The position numbers and the translations under genes were made by a program. Under the pieces are notes generated by a model that saw nothing but the letters and a program-made list of their open reading frames with translations, was not told the origin of the DNA and made no database searches. Below, in pieces: positions 1 to 11,500 of a stretch of 64,000 nucleotides of DNA. This DNA is from a virus, in IMG/VR virus record IMGVR_UViG_3300045988_110026; one strand, written 5' to 3'. How positions within the stretch are numbered: position 1 is the first letter of the stretch; every line of letters starts with the position of its first letter.

Positions 1-151
1 TTCTCTAATTTTTAAAATGTGGACTAAGTTTTTAAAGAGAATGGGAAGGGAGAACTTAGAGAAACCCTTATCAGCAAAGACGCGACCTCTGCCTATCCCG
101 GTTGCAAATGTAGTATTCACAAATTGATAATTGAATTAAAAAAGTATAATT

Positions 152-565
152 ATGGCTTGTGTTTCTAAAATAGGATCGTTGTATGAGATGGTTACGAAGA
201 ATGTTATTGTCAGTACGACAAATACAGTCTTCGGTATTAACCCACGGGCTTGGATCGCCCTTCCGTGTGAGGGTCTTATCCTTCTTAAGATAAGGCAAGT
301 AGTTCCCACAGCCGGAAGTGCTCTACCGGTACAGATTGCGGTCCCGGCAAACAGTACAGTTTCAACAGTAGGAGCCGACACCTGTTGCCCGGTTACGGGA
401 GTGAATGTCGTGAACCCTATTAACGTAGCTGTCACGGGTGCTGCTATGGTAAATGGCACAGAACGCCTTCTGTACTTCAATAAAGTTCGTGGCGTGTTAA
501 GATTAATGGATTGTTGTGTTCCGACAACAACAGCCCAGGCGTCTGAAGTTAAAGCAGGTAAATGA
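152..565 (+). CDS. hypothetical protein
   Basis: 137-aa ORF with ATG at 152. It is followed directly by a hairpin terminator (573-600). The overlapping antisense ORF 136..480 is judged a shadow. Confidence 0.5.
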   Translation: MACVSKIGSLYEMVTKNVIVSTTNTVFGINPRAWIALPCEGLILLKIRQVVPTAGSALPVQIAVPANSTVSTVGADTCCPVTGVNVVNPINVAVTGAAMVNGTERLLYFNKVRGVLRLMDCCVPTTTAQASEVKAGK

Positions 566-572
566 TTTCAGT

Positions 573-600
573 AGGGTGATGGAGATCATCACCCTATTTT
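573..600 (+). terminator. rho-independent-like hairpin (agggtgat / atcaccct, 7-nt loop) followed by ATTTT
   Basis: 8-bp perfect stem read directly; weak T-run. Confidence 0.45.
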
Positions 601-615
601 CACCTAACTAATATT

Positions 616-1110
616 TTGATCATGTTTTCAGATTTGAAGAAAGGGTTTCAGGTACATACCCTTGATACTAATACAGTACCTAAATACGAATTGGGAAAGG
701 TAGTAGCCGTATCCGAACCCAGGTATCTTCCTCCTCAGCCAGGTCAGTATCAGGCGATGCAGACCCGCGTGGTGGATCTGACGGTAGAGCTCACTGGCGA
801 AACCAAGACCTATACGGTCCCGGAATCCCAGAATGTGGCTAAGGCTATGGGCATAACATTATCTACCAGCATAGATCCGATTATGAACGAGCTGAATGCC
901 ATAAAAAGCACCAGTCAGGAAATAATAGACAGCGTAGATGCCCATCGTGCCAAGATAGAGGCTTGTGAATCTATATTAGAAGATATCAATCCGGCATTCA
1001 AGCAAACGAGAGAGCAGGATCGTAAAATAGCTGGTATAGAAAATAAGGTGAATGACCTTACTGATTCATTCGAAGATTTAAAGAAGTTAATTGTAGAACG
1101 TTTGAAATAA
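616..1110 (+). CDS. hypothetical coiled-coil protein
   Basis: ORF track starts at TTG 616. The first ATG is at 622 (MFSDLKKG...). The C-terminal half is heptad-like and Glu/Lys-rich. Confidence 0.5.
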   Translation: MIMFSDLKKGFQVHTLDTNTVPKYELGKVVAVSEPRYLPPQPGQYQAMQTRVVDLTVELTGETKTYTVPESQNVAKAMGITLSTSIDPIMNELNAIKSTSQEIIDSVDAHRAKIEACESILEDINPAFKQTREQDRKIAGIENKVNDLTDSFEDLKKLIVERLK

Positions 1111-1117
1111 GTATAAT

Positions 1118-1486
1118 ATGATAGTATATGATTTAAATTCAGGACACAGAGAATATCCTGGATATGACGAGATAGAAGACAGACGAGGTGGAGGCAGAGG
1201 CAGAAGCCGGCGTTCTGATGGGACGTACATGGGGTACGGTGGTGGTATTTACGACCATTACGGTATGCATGAGAAGATGAAGGAAATGGAAGAACGCGAA
1301 AACGAGCTGGAAGAAAGGGAAAGAAGGCTTGAAGAGCGCGAACGTCGTCATGAAATGGAGGACCGGGAATACCGGAGGATGGGTTACGAATCCTACCCGA
1401 CCGATTACTATGGAGACGACAGATACTACGGTGACGGACCTCAGATGCGTAGAGGTCGCGGACGTGGCAGAGGTCGTTCTTATTGA
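1118..1486 (+). CDS. low-complexity RGG / Arg-Glu-repeat protein
   Basis: Contains GGGRGRSRR, GRGRGRGRS and EERERRLEERERRHEMEDREYRR runs plus Tyr/Gly-rich segments. Lies in the co-directional + array 7 bp after the previous stop. Confidence 0.5.
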   Translation: MIVYDLNSGHREYPGYDEIEDRRGGGRGRSRRSDGTYMGYGGGIYDHYGMHEKMKEMEERENELEERERRLEERERRHEMEDREYRRMGYESYPTDYYGDDRYYGDGPQMRRGRGRGRGRSY

Positions 1487-1579
1487 GGAGCAGACGCAGA
1501 GGATCCAGCTTATCAGAAATATGTAGATACTTACGGCTACCATTTTTCTAATGCTCTCGCTGATGAGGCGGTAAAGAAG

Positions 1580-1873
1580 ATGGTCAACGTCGATGGATCC
1601 AAGAGGATCTGGAAGCAGCCGGAAATAAAAGATATTTTTGAAAAGTGCGGAGCGAAGAAGCCGGATAAAGCGACATGGGGCGATGTCCAATATGTCTTTG
1701 CAATGTACTATTCGGATGGTTTTCCGAAGGTCTTCAAATGTGAGAACGAGTTGGTGAAAGCTACGTTAATGTATTTGGATGATCCGGATGCTCCCGAAGG
1801 AGTAGCCTTTATAAGATGGCTTGCCGTGCAAGATTACCTCGGCGAAAAAATAAACTGGAAGGATCTGACCTGA
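1580..1873 (+). CDS. hypothetical protein
   Basis: 97-aa ORF in + array; no motif recognised. Confidence 0.45.
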   Translation: MVNVDGSKRIWKQPEIKDIFEKCGAKKPDKATWGDVQYVFAMYYSDGFPKVFKCENELVKATLMYLDDPDAPEGVAFIRWLAVQDYLGEKINWKDLT

Positions 1874-2031
1874 GATCCAGATCCAGGTCCTTCCGGTGGT
1901 GCGGGAGCCATAGTAAAAAATATGATTCCCGCATTCCCGTTTTTCCCGTTTGGAAAAAAAGGAATAAAAATATTATACCGGTCGGCGGGCAATAGAATAC
2001 CCGTGGCCGGTTTGTTTCACATAACTTTTTT

Positions 2032-2214
2032 TTGGATATGAATATAGCACACGAATCTAAATCGAATAAAACCCCATTGTATTTAATAGGAGAGTTGATT
2101 GGCGTACCGAATACGGTTATGGACTCAGCATTGCATGAACTGAAAGATAGAATAGACAAAGACCCCAAATATAAAGATGTTAAAAATTGGCTCGAATCTT
2201 TACCCAAGATCTGA
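2032..2214 (+). CDS. hypothetical small protein
   Basis: 60-aa ORF followed by hairpin terminator 2238-2272. Confidence 0.3.
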   Translation: MDMNIAHESKSNKTPLYLIGELIGVPNTVMDSALHELKDRIDKDPKYKDVKNWLESLPKI

Positions 2215-2237
2215 ACCTATTTTTTTTCAATACCAGG

Positions 2238-2272
2238 CCCGATGCGATTTTAATGTATCGGGTTTTTATTTT
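2238..2272 (+). terminator. hairpin (cccgat...atcggg) followed by TTTTTATTTT
   Basis: read directly. Confidence 0.5.
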
Positions 2273-2317
2273 AATTCATATTGTTTTATTTTAAATCTAA
2301 TTAATTCATGAATGTCG

Positions 2318-2325
2318 TACTTTTG
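2318..2325 (+). promoter_or_regulatory. Bacteroidota-type -7 promoter element TACTTTTG (TAnnTTTG)
   Basis: exact TAnnTTTG 17 bp upstream of ATG 2343. Confidence 0.4.
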
Positions 2326-2342
2326 TTGAAAAAGTATTCTAT

Positions 2343-2570
2343 ATGGAAAATAAGGAAGATTACGTTGGTTACGAAGATCAAGAACTGTGTAACCGGTATT
2401 ACAAAGAGGCTGAAGCCATGAGGCAAAAGCAGGACTGGTCTCGGCTTAGGGCTGTCCCTGCTCCGGCCAAGGGAACGCCATCGCCCGGCTGGGGTCAGCT
2501 TGGACGTGGAAATGATGTCCGTGTCAAGTATGTTAGCATCAATTCAGGATTAGGAGGAGATAGGTTATGA
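2343..2570 (+). CDS. hypothetical protein
   Basis: 75-aa ORF after promoter-like motif. Confidence 0.45.
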   Translation: MENKEDYVGYEDQELCNRYYKEAEAMRQKQDWSRLRAVPAPAKGTPSPGWGQLGRGNDVRVKYVSINSGLGGDRL

Positions 2571-2782
2571 CTGTAGAAGAATTGGCTAATAAAAGATACG
2601 GTGGCGAATTTGTTTTCATGTTTGGTCATCTTGAAGGTAGAACAAGATTCGTTTTTGAATGCTTTGATCCCAGACCTGATCACGAAGGTAAAAACACTTA
2701 TATGGTTTCCTATTTTGATAAGGGACTTCGTAGAAGAGATGTGGTAGATGTGCCATGTTATATGAATATTTTGCCAAAATAA
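2567..2782 (+). CDS. hypothetical protein
   Basis: 71-aa ORF; ATGA overlap with the upstream gene. Confidence 0.45.
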   Translation: MTVEELANKRYGGEFVFMFGHLEGRTRFVFECFDPRPDHEGKNTYMVSYFDKGLRRRDVVDVPCYMNILPK

Positions 2783-2985
2783 TGGAAACATTAATCTTAG
2801 ATGTACCTGTATTTTCCGGTAAGATTATTTCTCCTATCTGGATTAAAGCCGTAAGAGATTTTCAATCCAAATCGAAGACAGAAAGAGACTCGTATTGTTT
2901 GATTTGTGGATGTACAGGAGGGTGTAACTTGTGCGATGATATAAGTAAATATAGGATTTCAGAACAATTAAAATATTACAAATAA
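2755..2985 (+). CDS. hypothetical Cys-rich protein
   Basis: 76 aa; CLICGCTGGCNLCDD cluster. Confidence 0.4.
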   Translation: MLYEYFAKIMETLILDVPVFSGKIISPIWIKAVRDFQSKSKTERDSYCLICGCTGGCNLCDDISKYRISEQLKYYK

Positions 2986-3749
2986 TGGAATTAAAAGATT
3001 CAGTCAGGGTAATGACTAAAGAAGAGTTCGAATCAGCAATCAACGAAGATATTAAATTCGTTGAAGGAATTAAGCATTTTTTTAAACATGATGATGCTAC
3101 GAGGGTAATGGAACACGTAAAGTCCGTGTTAGAAGCATCAGTAGACTACCACTACCCGAATCATCCTGAACCTGAAGCAGAACCTGGAGACATGGGAGAG
3201 GTTTCTGATGGATACCATACTTTCAATGAATTGTATCGGTACCGCATGTTGTATAACGCCGCCTTCTTTAATCTATTAGCCAGAAACGGACAGGTTGAAG
3301 TTTGCAAATCAAGAAAGCACAGTGACGGAGAAAAATGCTTCGGTTCTGATGATTGGTTTATTGTGATGGCAATGTTACCTACTGGTCAGGTGTCTAATCA
3401 CTATGAAAGCAAGTACTGGGATTTGTTTGATGTTCCTGAAAGAGAAACCGCTTTCGAATACGACGGCCATACACCAAATGAAGCCGCCGACAGACTTGAA
3501 CAGTATCTTAATCAAAAGAAGTCAGGTTTAACATTTGAAGAAGCTTTTAAATTTCTGAAAGATGGTAATATGATTAAAAGACGTGGATGGAAAAATGAAC
3601 ATCTTGATGCTTTTAGAAGAAGTGGTGTTGGCTCAATTCATATGGAAAAGTCATTGATCATAATTATAAATGAAGAAACACGGAGGCTGACATCGTGGAA
3701 CCCAAGTATAGAAGATATATCGTCGAATGATTGGGAGATTACGAAATGA
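2985..3749 (+). CDS. protein with C-terminal DUF2829 (Tad2-like) domain
   Basis: C-terminus LTFEEAFKFLKDGNMIKRRGWKNEHL...SWNPSIEDISSNDWEI matches the DUF2829 pattern (GxxvrRxgW...W.Ps.eDllaxDWei). The N-terminal ~180 aa are unassigned. Confidence 0.55.
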   Translation: MELKDSVRVMTKEEFESAINEDIKFVEGIKHFFKHDDATRVMEHVKSVLEASVDYHYPNHPEPEAEPGDMGEVSDGYHTFNELYRYRMLYNAAFFNLLARNGQVEVCKSRKHSDGEKCFGSDDWFIVMAMLPTGQVSNHYESKYWDLFDVPERETAFEYDGHTPNEAADRLEQYLNQKKSGLTFEEAFKFLKDGNMIKRRGWKNEHLDAFRRSGVGSIHMEKSLIIIINEETRRLTSWNPSIEDISSNDWEITK

Positions 3750-4021
3750 GTTTGTTTGTGTGTTCAAAATGTGGCTGTATAGATAATACAGCCACATCAT
3801 ATTACTGGGCTCTTATAAGACCTTGTAAGAATCGTATTTACGATAAGTCGCTAAAGGGATATGAAGGCAAGCCTCTTTGTTCTGAATGTGCCGCTATTGA
3901 ATATAGTAAGGGAAGCGAAGTGATGGTAGTTCCTGGAACGTGGCATGGTAAGTTCAAGAAAGAATGGCCTACTGAAGAAGAAAAGAAACATATTGGTAAA
4001 AACGGTATTTTAAATTATTGA
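3731..4021 (+). CDS. zinc-ribbon protein
   Basis: CSKCGC...CSEC motifs. Confidence 0.5.
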   Translation: MGDYEMSLFVCSKCGCIDNTATSYYWALIRPCKNRIYDKSLKGYEGKPLCSECAAIEYSKGSEVMVVPGTWHGKFKKEWPTEEEKKHIGKNGILNY

Positions 4022-4024
4022 TTT

Positions 4025-4330
4025 ATGTGTGATAAGGAAATTGTTGTATGCGCGGCCATCTGGGTACAGGATGACAAGAAACGTCCCTATCAGCCCACCA
4101 ATATACCATCCGGCATCGTGTTCTGTGGATTGAGACACCCCTCTATACTATCTCAACTTGCGGCATACGGTATAGCCCATAAAAACCGCAGTGTGCAAGG
4201 ATTTTTGACAAGCAAGAATCGGTTTCTAACAAGAGAGGAGGCATCTGAACTTGTTAAGAGCAATAATCAGGAAATGGTAGTAGATAGGAGTGCCATTAGA
4301 GAACAATTGTATTCAGAAGATCTATATTAA
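4025..4330 (+). CDS. hypothetical protein
   Basis: 101-aa ORF in + array. Confidence 0.45.
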   Translation: MCDKEIVVCAAIWVQDDKKRPYQPTNIPSGIVFCGLRHPSILSQLAAYGIAHKNRSVQGFLTSKNRFLTREEASELVKSNNQEMVVDRSAIREQLYSEDLY

Positions 4331-4347
4331 CTAAAAAACAAAACAAC

Positions 4348-4701
4348 ATGGGGTTTAAAATCAAAAAGTCAATCACTTATGATATGATGAACAGTAGTCG
4401 GGTAGAGTACGAATTTGATAATACCAATGATTTAAATCATATCATATTTAAAGGTAATTGTAGAGAACCTTTTTCATTTAGCAGAGTACTTGTTGAAGAA
4501 TTGATTAAGACATTTGAAACCATACGGGATAGATACTCTGATAATTATGAACTTAAGGTCTATCTTTACAATTGCATAATTCAACTGAGCGTAAATCCAA
4601 AGGATCCCAGTGAATCCTTTTTTGGCGTATATGATAGAGATGAGATGAAATTGATATATAGTATAAAAAATAGTATCTTGAAAGGAATGTTTGGCATATG
4701 A
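4348..4701 (+). CDS. hypothetical protein
   Basis: 117-aa ORF. Confidence 0.45.
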   Translation: MGFKIKKSITYDMMNSSRVEYEFDNTNDLNHIIFKGNCREPFSFSRVLVEELIKTFETIRDRYSDNYELKVYLYNCIIQLSVNPKDPSESFFGVYDRDEMKLIYSIKNSILKGMFGI

Positions 4702-5018
4702 TTACTAAACAAGATATACAAGTAGCAGCATCGTATGTTTTCCGAAGCAGTTTTGTCTCGGAGGACCAGACAAGGAAAACAATGGTAAAAGCCGGCAATA
4801 ACGCTACCAAGATCCTCGTCAATACCTTTAGAGGTAAGTTGTTCAAGAAAGCTTTTGAAAGAGCCCGTAGAGGAAAGGATATCAGTTCTTTTGAAAGACA
4901 GGAAAAAGAAAGTAGTTTCAATTTTCTTTACAATCCTAATAATGGTCGTATGCAAAGCGGTCATGTAAAAATAGATGAAATTGGACTATTTAAACAAATA
5001 ATAAAGTCGGGTACGTAA
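4698..5018 (+). CDS. hypothetical protein
   Basis: 106-aa ORF; 4-bp overlap with the upstream gene. Confidence 0.45.
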   Translation: MITKQDIQVAASYVFRSSFVSEDQTRKTMVKAGNNATKILVNTFRGKLFKKAFERARRGKDISSFERQEKESSFNFLYNPNNGRMQSGHVKIDEIGLFKQIIKSGT

Positions 5019-5047
5019 GTTATCCGACTTTTTCATATATTTGTGGC

Positions 5048-5368
5048 ATGGCACGAGGTTATTATTGGATACCGCAGACAGATGAAACGTTAAATGGCAT
5101 AAGCTATTACGTGACTAAGGTAGTAGGAGATATAGTGTTTGATACTAAACGAAAAAGAATAGTGTTTCAAACTACCAGGTATTTCCCAGTAGGCTCCGTA
5201 TTCCATTTTACTCACAACTGCTTTAAATACGTCATAACCTGCCGGCTCCGTAAGCCGGGGCTTTGGTTTGAAGCCAGGAGAGAAGATTCGGGCCCTATTT
5301 GCCCTGAAGATATTGAGCGCTTTGAATCGGGAAGGTATATTCACCGAGATGGTTACATACATACATAA
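5048..5368 (+). CDS. hypothetical protein
   Basis: 106-aa ORF. Confidence 0.45.
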   Translation: MARGYYWIPQTDETLNGISYYVTKVVGDIVFDTKRKRIVFQTTRYFPVGSVFHFTHNCFKYVITCRLRKPGLWFEARREDSGPICPEDIERFESGRYIHRDGYIHT

Positions 5369-5420
5369 GTTGAACTTGACGATTTTTCGTCAGATTATAA
5401 TTTTTTTTCATATTATTTTT

Positions 5421-5458
5421 AAGCCATCAGACTGAGAAGTTAGATGGCTTTGTTTTAT
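5421..5458 (+). terminator. hairpin aagccatc...gatggctt followed by TGTTTTAT
   Basis: 8-bp perfect stem read directly. Confidence 0.5.
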
Positions 5459-5477
5459 CATATGCTTGATTTTTAAC

Positions 5478-5485
5478 TACCTTTG
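5478..5485 (+). promoter_or_regulatory. -7 promoter element TACCTTTG (TAnnTTTG)
   Basis: 24 bp upstream of ATG 5509. Confidence 0.4.
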
Positions 5486-5508
5486 TCACATAACAAAAAT
5501 GTTTCATT

Positions 5509-8500
5509 ATGGCATCAACGTGTATTATTAAAAGAGATAATAAAAAGAAAGTTGTTTCTGTCTCTACCAGATCAGGGGACAGGTCTATGTTGTTTGATAA
5601 AATAGCATCTATTCCTCTTATGGAGAACAGGGAACGGGCTACTACTGTTTTTAAAACCGTATTTTCTAATAAGTTCTTAAAGGCTTTTGGCGACTGGAGA
5701 AAGAAAGTGCCTATCAACAAAAAGGCTTATAATAAGGTAAAATCCAACATCGATCTCATTCCGGAAGCCTATAGAGAAAGGGTGCTGGATAAGGCTTCTA
5801 AGATGAGTAACCCTGTTCTTGTGTCAAAATCAGATGCACCTTATGAAATCCGAGAATCGGGCTTTGGATTTTACAGCCAAGATCTGGGTGATAATATTAT
5901 GTTGGTAGATGCTATGGTCCCGTCAAGTATTTCCGTACCGGAAGGACCTGGAATAGACGCCGGGCAGTATTTACAAGATGCTATATCTTCGGACTTCACT
6001 CCCGTATCTATGGTACAGGATAAGGGTGTTAATTATATGGTTATAAAAGACGGTCTTAAGATATTTAGCCCAGAAGAGTTACCACAGACAGATTCTAATC
6101 CTGTGGGTGTAACGTATCAGACCGGAGAGCCTCGTTTGTTTTTCATGAACGATCGTAATCAATTATTTGAAGATTACGGAGAAGCTCTTCGCTCTGGCGG
6201 GAATGATATTAGAATAGGATTCTTATCAGGCACCGTTCAAGAATCTGCCTGGGATGGCGTGGCAGACATTACTTACAAAGCTGGAAGGTATGTTCTTAAT
6301 AATCCCAAATCTTTTATACCGGTCATGACCGCTTCTGCTTCTACTTCTTTATCAACAAAAGGTGGTATAATTAACTACCTTATAAAGAAAGGTCTTTTGT
6401 CCGGATCTAAGATATTCGATCCTGAAACAAGAAGCTATTATCTTACAGGAGAAGGTCATACAGGACAAATTAGACTTTTCAATTCAGCCTTATCCTACAC
6501 CGAGCTCCGTAATCATTTTGGTTCAGATGTTTCCATGAACGACCAAGGTATGATAACCATAAGCTCGTTGGATAATAGTAAGGTAACTATGAGGCTCGCC
6601 ACCGGAGGAACGGAAAGGGTTAGCAAAGAGCAGATAAAGAACGATCTAAAGTCAGGAAGATACAATGAATTGGACGCCAAGTACGATCATTTTGATGCGC
6701 TTGTAGTTTCATTCATATTAGAAGACAACGATCTTTATGCTGATACTAAAGCTAAGATCGTATCAGATTATAGCAGGCAGGAACGTGATCAACGAAATTC
6801 TATTGTCGAGATACTGAAAACGTTGGGCGTTAGTGTCATAGGTATGACCGATTATATAGAGAAGTATCAAACCAAATACGGGCACGAACCTTCTGCTAAG
6901 GCATTGGCGGATATTGCCAATAACGTAATAGCAGTTGGTGAAGATGCTACTTTATCTGATTTAGTAGAAGAAACAGCCCACTTCCTTGTAGAGGCATACA
7001 GAGATCAGAATGCTGTTGAAGCTGTTCTGCAAGATGTAGAAGGCACAGAAGAGTGGAACCAGTATGCAGGTCAGTATTATAATACATACGGTAAAGTATA
7101 TGAAGGAGCCGAGCTTGATAATGCTGTTAGGAGGGAAATTCTTGGAAAGATCCTCGCCAGGGAGATGCAGACCGGCACAGCACAGGCGCCGGTAGAGCCC
7201 ACCTCCTTCCTGGGGCGCGTCCGGCAGCTTCTCTCTGGAATAGTAAGCTGGCTTAAATCAGCTTTATCTACTCAAAGACAAGATTTGAATAACGTTATTA
7301 AAAACATTCGTGATCTTGCCATTACTGACATAGATAAAGGATTTGACACTTCTCTGTTAAAGGATAATGACTTTACATTATACTCCCTTTCTTCTATGAA
7401 CAAGAACAAGTTTCTTGAGTCTAAGATCAGATCGCTAAGAAAAACATTAAGAGACTTACGTCAGATAAGCTCTGATAGGGCTGTAACTACGTCTATGACC
7501 CTTGCTCAGCTTAAGACCATAGAAGATAAGATAAATAAAGTAGAGACCGAGATAGACAAGAATGAGATGGCGGCTGCCATGAACAGCATGATCTCCACAG
7601 CCGAAGCTCAGGTCAGATACTTAAGCAATGTGGTGAACACCATCCTTCATGGTGATACCAAAGACGGTAAGCTTCACTTCAATACCAATGATCGAAAGAA
7701 CGTCGATATTATCAACAATCAGGTTCTTCCGATCATGAACGATCTTCGAGGATATATCCGTAACAGAAGTACCGAATTTGATGAACGTGAAAAGCAGGAT
7801 TATACAAATAGGATCAATACCGTCATTGCCGACATCAATGGTATTCAGTCTGATATTAAATCAGTACAAGACCTTGATGAAAGTACGTTGCTTGATAAGT
7901 TAATGAACGAACTTCATGTGCCGGCAGATAAGGTAAAGAGAGTAAAAGAATTTTTCGACAAGGTTCAACACGATGTTTCTTGGATAAGTAGGTGGTTTGG
8001 TATATTAGAGCATTCTTCCAGTCCGTTCAATAACGCTCTTGGAGCTATGATTGCCAAAGACAATTACAATGCGATGGTGAATGCCCAGCCCGCCATATCC
8101 GACTTCCTGGCATATGCTAAAAAGCATGGTTTTAACAAATATGAATTTGAAAAACTGCTTCAGAAAGTAGACGGCAAAACTTCTAATTACCTTCGTAGTG
8201 CTCTTGATATGGCTAAATACGATCGTAATAAGAAGCTGGCGCAGATGCGAGCGTTTGCGACTGCCATGAACATAGAGATATCAGAAGAAGAAATCAATGA
8301 TGTGGTTGACAATAACCGTAATTACGTATTTAAAAGAGAAGTAGTTGACAAGGATGGAAATACGGTTACTGAAAACGCTAAATTCAAACCATCGTCTGAT
8401 AGAGTTAATACCGATATTTTTACCATCGAGCAGGAAAAGATCTATACGGAACAGATGGAAAAGTGGGATGCTGAAAATTCGGAACTGGAATTTAGCGAAA

Positions 8501-11500
8501 GTTATGCCACAAGAATGGAATCCATATACAAAAAGGCTGAAGAAGAATTAGGGTATCCGGTTTCTCAAACAACCAAAGAATACCTTAATGCCCTATCCCG
8601 GCAAAAACAGATATTGAGGCAGCCTTTTATTGATAGCGGTGGTAATTTTGATGAGGTTGCCTATTTTAAAAGCAGCAATTACGAAGAAGAAGGACTGCTT
8701 CGTAAACAACGTAAGGAAGCAGCTTCAGAATACATATATGTAGGAACCAGGAGAGTGGAAAAAACCGGCGACCAACTTAAGATGGCCAAAGAAATACAAG
8801 CTATAAATGAAGTTTGGAGAAAGGAATCAAATAATGCCACTAATGCCGTATCAGAATCGTTTTTGCAAAAATTAAGAACGATTCAGAGCGAGTCTGGAGG
8901 AGAAGCTGCGCTGAAGACACTTATGTTGGGAGGTCACCTGTCATTCAACGATCGGTTTTGGAATGATGTAGAATCAGAACAGTCGGCACGTACCGAATCA
9001 AATAACAAGGCTTCGTATCTTAAAATGGCGCATGATATCATTAGTTCTACGACAAGTGATAGAGATGCGACTGACGTGGATTCTATTGTGAAAGATATAG
9101 AAAAAAATAAGGCTATTATCAAGGAAATAATCGGAAACAATCGCGATGTGGCTGATATCGGAGAGATTAACGAAGCGACATTTACCTCATCTGAAAGAGA
9201 TGCTTTTAGGGCTGCATCTGAAGCTATTGAAGCCGATTACGCTATCTTAATAGATTATGCTAAGATGGTGGGTCTTGAAGATATTGATAAGTACCTTACT
9301 AAAAGCAGTAAGGCTGAAAACGAAGTAAATCAGTCTTATTTAAATGCTCTTGCTGACTCCAAGGAAGTGGAATGGAAGTTCGTACAACGTCATACTACGG
9401 CGAAGAAAGCAAAAAGGATTCAGGCTTTAAGGGATAAGCTGTTTAAGGCTGCTGATAACCGATATCTGTTTACCGTATCTGAAACCAACTACCTGTCAGA
9501 AAAGCTTGGTATAAGCAAAGAATTAGACGGTAGAGATTTCAGGAATGCTGTTAATGCTAAGATGGCCAGCTTATTTTTAAATAATACAAGAGAAGAGGGC
9601 GTAGAAGAAGCTAATGCTATTGTTAATGAATTTGCCAGAAGCCAGGTTTTTTCGTACTATAAACGCATGGCGCCTACCGGATATGCAGCTATGATCGACA
9701 AAATCGGTCGAGGTGAGATAGATGTGGCGCAAATGGTTAAGGACGTACAAAACGGTACATCCACCCAAGATTATGGCATGGACATATCGTACTTGTCTTT
9801 CGACCCTGTAAGGGCATTGGTGGCTGAATCTGAAGCCGAAAATAGCGGTCGTAATCCTGATTATGTAAAAGATCATGGGTATGGTCATCGAATGCCTAAG
9901 AAAAGCCTGTATCGTGACGAATCGTATTTCAATGACTTTGGTATCAAGTATGATGCTGACGGTAATGAGGTTGCTACTAAAAACGTAGAGCAGTGGAATA
10001 TGATTCAAAAACTCAAGGAAATAAAAAGACAATCCCTTGATCTATACAAAGAGCAGAGCCCGAACCTGTATGCTATTCCACAGATATCCAAACAAGATAT
10101 AGAACGTGTAGAAGGATTGGGTATTAACTTCAAAAATACGGTTCGTAATTTTGTATCAGATCTGTGCCTGGACAGAGTAGACGATTCTCTATATGGTAAG
10201 ACCAGGCAAGGAGAAGTGTATGATCCAGAAGACAGGCTTAGGTCTATACCTAAATACTACATATATGAATTGGAGAACCAAGATGATGTATCTCACGATT
10301 TTGGCTACTCTTATTCGATGCTTATGATGCAGTCATCGTTATACAACGAAAAGCAGAAGTCTATAGAGCTCGCTCAAGGACTGGAGCAGATGTTACTAAA
10401 TAAACAATTTGAAGGTGGTAAAAAGGCTGAAGCAACCCAAGCATATCAGATGTTCAGGGACTTCTTCAATGACCATTATTATGGCATTAGAATGAACACC
10501 AAAAAACTGACGGTAAACATCGGTGGATACACAGTAGACCTTACCAGGATAATGATGGCCGTTGAAAGATTTATGTCGGTCATGAACCTGGCGCTGTCCC
10601 CGTTTGTGGCAGCTACCGGCGCCCTGACAGGTCATATCAACCTCATCATGGAATCTGCCGTAGGACAGTATATAAGCAAAGACTCCCTTAAATACGCATC
10701 GGCTGAATTTTCACGCCTTGCTCCATCTTGTATAGCAGAAACCGGAGACATAGATAGGAAAAGCAAATTATATGTCATAGGTGAGAGAATGGGGATATTC
10801 AATATCCGAAATCGTATGTATGGTGCCGGATATAATAGAGTGGCCAGGACCTTAATGCGTTCGCCTATGTATGCTTTTATGGAAATCCTGAACTACCCTC
10901 TTGATCCGCAGGTTATGATTGCTACTATGGACAATGTTCGTTATTACAAAGGTCGGTTCTACACGTTCCAAGATTTCAAGATGGAAAAAGAACGCAATAA
11001 AGAACAGAGTACCATAAAAAGAGAATGGAACGCATTAAAAGATCGTACTTTATGGAGTATGGTAGACGTCGTGGATGGGAAGGTGGTTGTAAAGCCCAGA
11101 TCGGGTGTTACTGTTGAGGAAGTTGAAACCCAGATGGCTATAACCAGAAATCAAGTTCGTAGCTTGTCGCAGATATGTAACGGATCTTTGAATGAAGAAA
11201 ACCGGACTGCCGCATCGCGCAACTGGATAGCCAGGTTCATGACCGCCCACCGAGGATGGTTGGTGCTGGCGGCTCAACGCCTGTGGAAAAGACGTGGCTT
11301 CAATTTCCAAACAATGCAAGAAGAGGAAGGGTTGTCAATTACGTTAAAGAATATGATAGCCAAAACATTTAGCCTGGCTTCCGAGTCTGGTATGAAAAAC
11401 ATCATAGATGCCTGGAACGAAAATAAAGACAATATGAATGAGGTAGAAAAAACCAATCTCAAACGTCTTAGTGTCTATGCCGGCACGTTCCTTATCATGC

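Noticed and set aside
44-57. Shared 10-mer GGGAAGGGAG at 45-54 and 55460-55469
   Set aside because: A single short match; plausibly chance, and there is no flanking similarity
136-480. Antisense ORFs overlapping annotated genes (e.g. 136..480 minus, 1139..1690 minus, 20713..21147 plus, 31715..32293 plus, 35506..35847 plus, 40328..40633 plus, 59179..59379 plus)
   Set aside because: They lie opposite longer, motif-bearing ORFs within strictly co-directional arrays and have low-complexity or odd composition, so they are treated as shadow ORFs
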